A stretch of DNA of 4,617 nucleotides from a virus (Duplodnaviria > Heunggongvirae > Uroviricota > Caudoviricetes). The stretch is taken from IMG/VR virus record IMGVR_UViG_2529292874_000013, positions 1 through 4,617 of that record, one strand, 5' to 3'. The notes under the pieces were generated by a model. It had not been told where the DNA came from and searched no databases. It saw nothing but the letters and a program-made list of their open reading frames with translations. Positions 1 through 4,617 of the stretch are shown here, in pieces; position 1 is the first letter of the stretch, and the number at the start of each line of letters is the position of its first letter. The translations under genes were made by a program, and so were the position numbers.

Positions 1-1477
1 CGAGCATACGGAATTCAACCGTCTGCTGGGGCTGGGGAATGAACTGCTTCAGCAGCGTCAGGGACTGGTGAATGTACCGTTACGGCTGCCGCAGGCCACC
101 CTGGATGATAAACAGCAGAGTGCCCTGACAAAAACAGAGCGTGAGCTGGCCCTGTCCAGACTGAAAGGGGAAGAAAAAGAGCGTGTCCGACTGGGGTATG
201 CGGCGGATGACCTCGGTTTTGTGGGTGATCCGTATCAGGAGGCGAGACAACGTTATATCAGTAATGCCCTGGAAGCCTGGCGCAATAACGAGGCGAATAA
301 ACCCAAATCCCGGGGTGGAAAATCAGAGACGGAAAAAGCGGAAGACAGTTTTTCCCGGCTGCTGAAGCAGCAGAAAGAGCAACTGGCACTGGTGGGGCAG
401 AATACAGAGCTGGCGAAGCTGAAATACCAGACAGCGCTGGGTGAACTGAAAACCCTGACGGAGATGCAGAAGCAGGAACTGCTGCGTAACGCGACCCTGA
501 TTGACCAGCAAAAAATCCGGGAACAGTTGCGATCCCGGGAAGAGACACTGAAGAATGAGAATGCGGCTGCGCGTGCGTCGAATGATGCTGAACTGCTGGG
601 GTACGGGCAGGGGGAGCGAGCCAGAGAACGCATGCGGGAGTTGCAGCAGATCCGCGACAGCTTCCGCCAGAAGGATGCGGACCTTCAGTCTCAGTATCAG
701 ACCGGGGATATCAGTGAGGATTTTTACAGACAGGCTCTGGCACAGAACGCGCAGTATCTGAGCGAACGCCTTAAGGACCAGGCAGTCTTTTATGCCGAAT
801 CGGATGTGCAGCGTGCGGACTGGCAGAAAGGGCTGCAGGAGGGATTCAGTAACTGGGTGGATAATGCGTCCGATTACGCCTCACAGGCAGCACAGCTGGC
901 GACGGAGGGTATCTCAGGGATGGTGAATAACATCACGGAGATGCTGAACGGAAATAAAGTGGAATGGCGCAGCTGGGCCTCATCAGTGCTGCAGGAAATA
1001 TCAAAAGTTCTTATGAATGCCGCGATTGTCAACGGAATTAAGACGGCGGCAAACGGTATGTCCGGTGCGGGAGGATTTCTCGGCAGCATTGGTGACTGGC
1101 TGGGCGGAGCGGTGGCCAATGCAAAAGGCGGCGTGTATACCTCGGCAAACCTGAGCGCGTACAGCAACAGCATTGTGGACACGCCCACGTACTTTGCGTT
1201 TGCAAAAGGGGCCGGGCTGATGGGGGAAGCCGGACCTGAAGCTATTATGCCCCTGACCCGGGCGGCGGATGGCTCGCTGGGCGTACGCGCCGTGGGCAGT
1301 ATGAACGGCAGTGCTGGTCTGGTGTATTCCCCGGTCTACCACATCGCCATTCAGAATGACGGGGCTAACGGACAGATAGGGCCGGAGGCGGCAGGCAGTC
1401 TTGTGCAGCTGATTGACCAGCGGGTGCAGGCGGTGATGCTGTCCATGCGACGTGACGGAGGAATGCTGAGTGGCTGA
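1..1477 (+). CDS. H: Tail length tape measure protein (lambda gpH-like), C-terminal portion; the 5' end lies upstream of the window
   Basis: The frame is open from the window edge (no stop in codons 2..67) to TGA at 1475-1477; the GTG at 68 used by the ORF track is only the first in-frame start inside the window. The N-terminal part is charged and Q/E/K/R-rich (coiled-coil-like), and the C-terminal part is Gly/Ala-rich, as is typical of tape measure proteins. It sits immediately upstream of M-L-K-I-J in lambda-like synteny, and its stop overlaps the M start. Confidence 0.85.
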   Translation, partial: EHTEFNRLLGLGNELLQQRQGLVNVPLRLPQATLDDKQQSALTKTERELALSRLKGEEKERVRLGYAADDLGFVGDPYQEARQRYISNALEAWRNNEANKPKSRGGKSETEKAEDSFSRLLKQQKEQLALVGQNTELAKLKYQTALGELKTLTEMQKQELLRNATLIDQQKIREQLRSREETLKNENAAARASNDAELLGYGQGERARERMRELQQIRDSFRQKDADLQSQYQTGDISEDFYRQALAQNAQYLSERLKDQAVFYAESDVQRADWQKGLQEGFSNWVDNASDYASQAAQLATEGISGMVNNITEMLNGNKVEWRSWASSVLQEISKVLMNAAIVNGIKTAANGMSGAGGFLGSIGDWLGGAVANAKGGVYTSANLSAYSNSIVDTPTYFAFAKGAGLMGEAGPEAIMPLTRAADGSLGVRAVGSMNGSAGLVYSPVYHIAIQNDGANGQIGPEAAGSLVQLIDQRVQAVMLSMRRDGGMLSG

Positions 1478-1811
1478 GATAAAAACGCTGCATCTGGTCC
1501 CGCGTGAAGGGATGCAGGTGAGTGAGAAGCCGTCGGTGGTGAGGGTGCGGTTTGGTGACGGTTATGAACAGCGCCGCCCCACAGGGCTGAATCCTCAACT
1601 GAAGACGTTTCAGGCGGTGTTCCGGGTGACGGATGAGTCAACCCGGCGCTGGCTGGATGAATTTTTATCCTGGCATGGTGGTTACCGTGCCTTTTTGTGG
1701 CGACCGCCGAAACATAACCGGACGGTGAGGGTGGTGTGCCGGGAGTGGAGCGTCACGGATAACGCCCGGTACAGTGATTTCAGCTGTACGATTGAGCAGG
1801 TGGTGAACTGA
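1470..1811 (+). CDS. M: Minor tail protein M (lambda gpM-like), 113 aa, GTG start
   Basis: The translation (VAEIKTLHLVPREGMQVSEKPSVVRVRFGDGYEQR...FSCTIEQVVN) matches my recollection of lambda gpM (VRFGDGY motif, C-terminal EQVVN). The GTG start at 1470 is preceded by a GGAGG Shine-Dalgarno at about 1456-1461 and overlaps the H stop by 8 nt. The stop TGA at 1809-1811 overlaps the L start as ATGA. Confidence 0.9.
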   Translation: MAEIKTLHLVPREGMQVSEKPSVVRVRFGDGYEQRRPTGLNPQLKTFQAVFRVTDESTRRWLDEFLSWHGGYRAFLWRPPKHNRTVRVVCREWSVTDNARYSDFSCTIEQVVN

Positions 1812-2508
1812 TGCAGAATATTCATGAAGAAAGCCTGAACGAGTCGGTTAAATCAGAGCAGTCACCGCGGGTGGTGCTCTGGGAAATCGACCTGACGGTG
1901 CAGGGCGGTGAGCGGTATTTTTTCTGTAATGAGCTGAATGAAAAAAGGGAGCCGGTGACCTGGCAGGGGCGGAATATCAGGCATACCCGATTGACGGCAG
2001 CGGCTTTGAGATGAACGGGAAGGGCAGCAGTGCCCGCCCGTCACTGACGGTGTCCAATCTGTTCGGTCTTGTCACCGGGATGGCGGAGGATTTGCAGAGC
2101 CTGGTGGGTGCCACGGTGGTCCGCCGCCGGGTGTATGCGCGTTTTCTGGATGCGGTGAACTTTGTGGCAGGCAATCCGGAGGCCGACCCGGAGCAGGAGC
2201 TGACTGACCGGTGGGTGGTGGAGCAGATGTCATCGCTGACGGCCATGACGGCCTCGTTTGTGCTGGCCACACCGACCGAGACGGACGGGGCGCTGTTTCC
2301 CGGTCGCATCATGCTGGCGAACACCTGTATGTGGACCTACCGCTCTGATGAGTGTGGTTACACGGGCGGGGCTGTGGCGGATGAGTTCGATAAACCCACC
2401 ACCGATATCCGTAAGGACAGATGCAGCAAGTGCATGCGCGGGTGTGAGATGCGCGGCATGGTGGCTAATTTTGGCGGTTTCCTTTCCATCAATAAACTTT
2501 CGCAGTAA
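1811..2508 (+). pseudogene. L: Minor tail protein L (lambda gpL-like) interrupted by an apparent single-base deletion near 1970-1975; either a pseudogene or a sequencing error
   Basis: ORF 1811..2014 (MQNIHEESLNE...VVLWEIDLT...GERYFFCNE...PVTWQGR) and ORF 2011..2508 (NGKGSSARPSLTVSNL...FGGFLSINKLSQ) together reproduce a full gpL-like protein. In the other frame from 1972 the sequence reads EYQAYPIDGSGFEMNGKG, which is the expected continuation after WQGR. The two halves sum to 698 nt, so adding one base restores a 232-aa ORF. The break lies in the G-rich stretch caggggcgg(g)aatat. Confidence 0.8.
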
Positions 2509-2518
2509 ATCCTGGTTT

Positions 2519-3262
2519 ATGACACAGACTGAATCAGCGATTCTGGTGCATGCCCGGCGGTGTGCGCCTGCGGAGTCGTGCGGCTTCGTGATAGGCACCC
2601 CGGAGGGCGAACGGTACCAGCCCTGCGTGAATATCTCCGCAGAGCCGGAGGCGTATTTTCGTATTGCGCCGGAAGACTGGCTGCAGGCAGAGATGCAGGG
2701 GGAGATTGTGGCGCTGGTTCACAGCCACCCTGGTGGTCTGCCCTGGCTGAGCGAGGCCGACCGGCGGCTGCAGATAAAGAGTGCACTGTCCTGGTGGCTG
2801 GTCTGCCGGGGGGAAATTCATAAATTCCGCTGTGTGCCACATCTGACAGGACGGCGCTTTGAGCACGGGGTGACGGACTGTTACACGCTGTTCCGGGATG
2901 CCTACCATCTGGCGGGAATTGATATGCCGGATTTTGAGCGTGAGGATGACTGGTGGCGTAACGGTCAGAACCTTTACCTGGACAATATGGCGGTCACAGG
3001 CTTTTACCGGGTGCCCCTGTCCTCTGCACAGGCGGGCGATATCCTGCTGTGCTGCTTTGGCGCATCGGTGGCCAATCATGCCGCCATATACTGCGGCAAC
3101 GGTGAACTGCTTCACCATCTGCCTGAACAACTGAGTAAACGGGAGAGGTATTCCGAAAAATGGCAACGACGAACGCATTCAGCCTGGCGTCACCGCCACT
3201 GGCACGTATCTGCCTTCACGGGGATTTGCAACGATTTGGCCGCCGCCTCAGCCTGTATGTGA
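2519..3262 (+). CDS. K: Tail tip assembly protein K (lambda gpK-like) with an N-terminal JAMM/MPN metalloprotease-like domain and a C-terminal NlpC/P60 cysteine peptidase-like domain
   Basis: ATG at 2519 starts MTQTESAILVHARRCAPAESCGF..., 10 nt after the L stop (2506-2508). A JAMM-type motif HSHPGGLPWLSEAD (H-x-H-x7-S-x2-D) is present, followed by an NlpC/P60-like Cys (GVTDCYTLF) and His (NHAAIY). The 2258..2518 part of the six-frame ORF is an upstream read-through that overlaps L in another frame. Confidence 0.88.
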   Translation: MTQTESAILVHARRCAPAESCGFVIGTPEGERYQPCVNISAEPEAYFRIAPEDWLQAEMQGEIVALVHSHPGGLPWLSEADRRLQIKSALSWWLVCRGEIHKFRCVPHLTGRRFEHGVTDCYTLFRDAYHLAGIDMPDFEREDDWWRNGQNLYLDNMAVTGFYRVPLSSAQAGDILLCCFGASVANHAAIYCGNGELLHHLPEQLSKRERYSEKWQRRTHSAWRHRHWHVSAFTGICNDLAAASACM

Positions 3263-3837
3263 ACACGGCAGCGGAAGCCATCCGGGCGCTGTCGTTACAG
3301 GTGCCGGGATTCCGCCGTCAGATGAACGAAGGCTGGTACCAGATACGTATTCGCGGTGAGGACACGGCACCGGAGGCGGTGTACGCCCGTCTTCACGAAC
3401 CTCTGGGTGAGGGGGCGGTCATCCATATTGTGCCGCGACTGGCCGGAGCCGGAAAGGGCGGACTGCAGATTGTGCTGGGGGCAGCAGCCATCGTGGGCTC
3501 TTTCTTCACCGCCGGCGCAACGATGGCGTTGTGGGGCGCAGCCCTGAGTGCCGGAGGGCTGACTGCCACCACGATGCTGTTCTCACTGGGTGCCAGCATG
3601 ATACTGGGCGGTGTGGCCCAGATGCTGGCACCGAAGGCAAAAACACCGGATTACCGCGCAACGGATAACGGTAAACAGAACACGTATTTTTCGTCACTGG
3701 ATAACATGATTGCCCAGGGGAACCCGATGCCGGTGCCTTATGGTGAAATGCTGGTTGGTTCACGACGGATATCCCAGGACATCAGCACCCGTGATGAGGG
3801 CGGAGACGGGAAAGTGGTGGTTATCGGGCGGGGATGA
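3160..3837 (+). CDS. I: Tail tip assembly protein I (lambda gpI-like), 225 aa
   Basis: The translation (MATTNAFSLASPPLARICLHGDLQRFGRR...AVIHIVPRLAGAGKGG...GNPMPVPYGEMLVGSRRISQDISTRDEGGDGKVVVIGRG) matches my recollection of gpI, with an N-terminal ubiquitin-like region and a C-terminal Gly/Ala-rich hydrophobic stretch. The start overlaps the K 3' end by 103 nt in a different frame. A GGAGAGG Shine-Dalgarno lies at 3142-3148. Confidence 0.9.
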   Translation: MATTNAFSLASPPLARICLHGDLQRFGRRLSLYVNTAAEAIRALSLQVPGFRRQMNEGWYQIRIRGEDTAPEAVYARLHEPLGEGAVIHIVPRLAGAGKGGLQIVLGAAAIVGSFFTAGATMALWGAALSAGGLTATTMLFSLGASMILGGVAQMLAPKAKTPDYRATDNGKQNTYFSSLDNMIAQGNPMPVPYGEMLVGSRRISQDISTRDEGGDGKVVVIGRG

Positions 3838-3875
3838 AAATAAAAAAATCCCGCAGAGTTAGCGGAGCTGCGGGA
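3837..3875 (-). terminator. Inverted repeat (stem 3849-3856 / 3868-3875, tcccgcag / ctgcggga) whose T-tract is on the minus strand (the + strand A-run at 3837-3848); a possible minus-strand intrinsic terminator or RNA structure
   Basis: An 8-bp perfect stem with an 11-nt loop is read directly from the sequence. On the minus strand the hairpin is followed by atttttttatttt. On the + strand it overlaps the Shine-Dalgarno of the small ORF at 3883. Confidence 0.35.
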
Positions 3876-3882
3876 GAGAACG

Positions 3883-4002
3883 ATGAAGATTAACGTTATG
3901 GAGTTATTTTTCAGGCATCAAAAAAGTAATGCAGCGTCATTATTGCGGCTACAGGCAATTGCCGGAAATGTGAAGAGTTTCAGAAATTTTATTCCGTCAT
4001 GA
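3883..4002 (+). CDS. Hypothetical small protein, 39 aa (MKINVMELFFRHQKSNAASLLRLQAIAGNVKSFRNFIPS), in the AT-rich segment between I and J
   Basis: ATG at 3883 is preceded by GGGAGAG (3872-3878) at a 4-6 nt spacing, and the ORF ends at TGA 4000-4002, immediately before a strong hairpin plus T-tract terminator. The region is visibly AT-rich compared with the flanking GC-rich tail genes. I recognise no homolog, and the ORF is too short for the sequence alone to establish that it is coding. Confidence 0.3.
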   Translation: MKINVMELFFRHQKSNAASLLRLQAIAGNVKSFRNFIPS

Positions 4003-4004
4003 CA

Positions 4005-4035
4005 CAGGCACCCTCCGGGGTGCCTGTTGTTTTCT
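4005..4035 (+). terminator. Rho-independent terminator: 9-bp GC-rich stem (caggcaccc / gggtgcctg), 4-nt loop (tccg), then T-tract ttgttttct
   Basis: Stem 4005-4013 pairs perfectly with 4018-4026, the loop is 4014-4017, and the T-rich run 4027-4035 follows directly. It sits 3 nt after the small ORF stop and about 40 nt upstream of the J start. Confidence 0.65.
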
Positions 4036-4061
4036 GGCATAAACAGATTCAGACATCAGAC

Positions 4062-4072
4062 AGGAGAGGGGG
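4062..4072 (+). promoter_or_regulatory. Purine-rich Shine-Dalgarno region (aggagaggggg) for J
   Basis: AGGAG and a G-run lie 6-11 nt upstream of the GTG at 4078, which opens the MGKGGGKGHTP-type N-terminus. Confidence 0.5.
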
Positions 4073-4077
4073 ACAGA

Positions 4078-4617
4078 GTGGGTAAAGGGGGCGGCAAGGG
4101 GCACACGCCGGTAGAGGCAAAGGACAATCTTAAGTCCACGCAGATGATGAGCGTGATTGATGCCATTGGTGAAGGGCCGATTGAAGGTCCGGTGAAGGGG
4201 CTGCAGAGTATCTGGTGAACAAAACCCCGCTGACGGACACGGACGGTAATCCTGTGATACATGGTGTGACAGCGGTCTGGCGCGCCGGGGAGCAGGAGCA
4301 GACACCACCTGAAGGCTTTGAGTCCTCCGGAGCTGAAACCGCACTGGGCGTGGAAGTGACGAAGGCAAAGCCGGTGACGCGCACCATTACGTCCGCGAAC
4401 ATTGACCGCCTGCGGGTCACCTTCGGGGTGCAGTCACTGTTGGAGACCACCTCAAAGGGCGACCGTAATCCCTCTTCTGTCCGACTGCTGATTCAGTTGC
4501 AGCGTAACGGTAACTGGGTGACGGAAAAGGATGTCACCATTAACGGCAAGACCACCTCGCAGTTTCTGGCGTCGGTGATTCTGGGTAATCTGCCTCCCCG
4601 TCCTTTAACATCCGGAT
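4078..4617 (+). pseudogene. J: Host specificity / tail tip central fibre protein J (lambda gpJ-like), N-terminal fragment running off the window, with an apparent frameshift near 4209-4215; either a pseudogene or a sequencing error
   Basis: From GTG 4078 the translation is (M)GKGGGKGHTPVEAKDNLKSTQMMSVIDAIGEGPIEGPVKGLQSI, then a stop at 4216-4218. A second frame from about 4212 continues LVNKTPLTDTDGNPVIHGVTAVWRAGEQEQTPPEGFESSGAETALGVEV...TSANIDRLRVTFGVQSLLETTSKGDRNPSSVRLLIQLQRNGNWVTEKDVTINGKTTSQFLASVILGNLPPRP to the window end. Both parts match my recollection of the lambda gpJ N-terminus (MGKGSSKGHTP...KDNLKSTQ...EGPIEGPV...AGEQEQTPPEGFESSG...SANIDRL...KGDRNPS). Restoring one base in atc(c)tgg rejoins the frames. 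Confidence 0.8.

Noticed and set aside
253-633. Minus-strand ORFs of 126 aa, 96 aa and 62 aa (253..633, 258..548, 323..511) inside the tape measure region
   Set aside because: They are antisense shadow ORFs within a GC-rich, clearly coding + strand gene. Their translations are low-complexity (Ser/Ala/Pro/Cys-rich) with no recognisable domain or ribosome-binding site.
183-761. Short + strand ORFs in alternative frames (183..365 and 555..761) inside H
   Set aside because: They overlap the tape measure frame, which is open throughout, and their arginine-rich translations are typical of out-of-frame reads of GC-rich coding DNA.
874-1641. Minus-strand ORFs 874..1188, 1001..1342, 1351..1641 and 1365..1598
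   Set aside because: They are antisense to H and M, have no Shine-Dalgarno or promoter context, and show compositionally biased translations. Spurious.
2258-2518. N-terminal extension of the 334-aa six-frame ORF 2258..3262
   Set aside because: This part overlaps the 3' half of L in another frame and its translation (MCWPHRPRRTGRCF...) has no gpK-like features. The gpK-like sequence begins at ATG 2519 (MTQTESAIL...), so the true start is 2519.
1862-2840. Minus-strand ORFs overlapping L and K (1862..2044, 1977..2324, 2072..2272, 2230..2598, 2517..2840)
   Set aside because: They are antisense to well-supported tail genes with Pro/Arg/Ser-rich low-complexity translations. Shadow ORFs.
2560-3134. 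+ strand alternative-frame ORFs 2560..2823 and 2898..3134 inside K
   Set aside because: They are out-of-frame reads of K with no independent start context.
2534-3178. 214-aa minus-strand ORF antisense to K
   Set aside because: It sits entirely within gpK coding sequence on the opposite strand. The K frame carries clear catalytic motifs, while the antisense translation is Arg/Pro/Gln-rich with no motif. Long antisense ORFs are expected by chance at this GC content.
3356-3763. ORFs 3356..3547 (+), 3393..3599 (-) and 3506..3763 (-) within I
   Set aside because: They overlap the well-supported gpI frame and are shadow or alternative-frame artefacts.
4027-4077. TTG-initiated upstream extension of the J ORF (six-frame ORF 4027..4218)
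   Set aside because: The first codons lie inside the T-tract of the terminator at 4005..4035 and translate to non-gpJ sequence. The gpJ-like N-terminus (GKGGGKGHTP) begins at GTG 4078, which has a purine-rich Shine-Dalgarno.
3838-4077. A sigma70 promoter driving the small ORF or J from within the I-J insert
   Set aside because: I scanned both strands for -35/-10 pairs at 16-19 nt spacing. Only weak matches were found (for example TTGCCG ... AGAAAT on the + strand, and AATAAT on the minus strand lacking a properly spaced -35), none good enough to call.
3997-4450. Minus-strand ORFs 3997..4368, 4056..4262 and 4130..4450
   Set aside because: They are antisense to the J 5' region and run into the terminator. 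There is no ribosome-binding site, and the translations are Pro/Ser/Arg-rich. Spurious.
1-4617. tRNA, rRNA, CRISPR repeats, transposase or integrase, attachment-site direct repeats
   Set aside because: There are no regularly spaced direct repeats, no tRNA-like cloverleaf signatures, and no ORF with transposase or integrase character. The window is fully accounted for by tail structural genes plus the I-J insert.

Overview
This window is a lambda-like (lambdoid siphovirus) tail-tip assembly module, all on the + strand, in the canonical order H-M-L-K-I-J. It holds the 3' end of the tape measure gene H (1..1477), M (1470..1811), L (1811..2508, broken by an apparent 1-nt frameshift near 1970-1975), K (2519..3262, with intact JAMM/MPN and NlpC/P60 motifs), I (3160..3837) and the 5' end of host-specificity gene J (from GTG 4078, broken by a second apparent frameshift near 4209-4215). 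The most unusual feature is a roughly 240-bp AT-rich segment between I and J (3838..4077); as far as I recall, I and J abut directly in lambda. It carries a 39-codon ORF with its own Shine-Dalgarno (3883..4002), a hairpin with a T-tract on the minus strand (3837..3875), and a strong intrinsic terminator on the + strand just upstream of J (4005..4035). No tRNA, rRNA, CRISPR array or transposase was seen. All homology statements come from reading the translations and from recalled lambda sequences; no database search was run.
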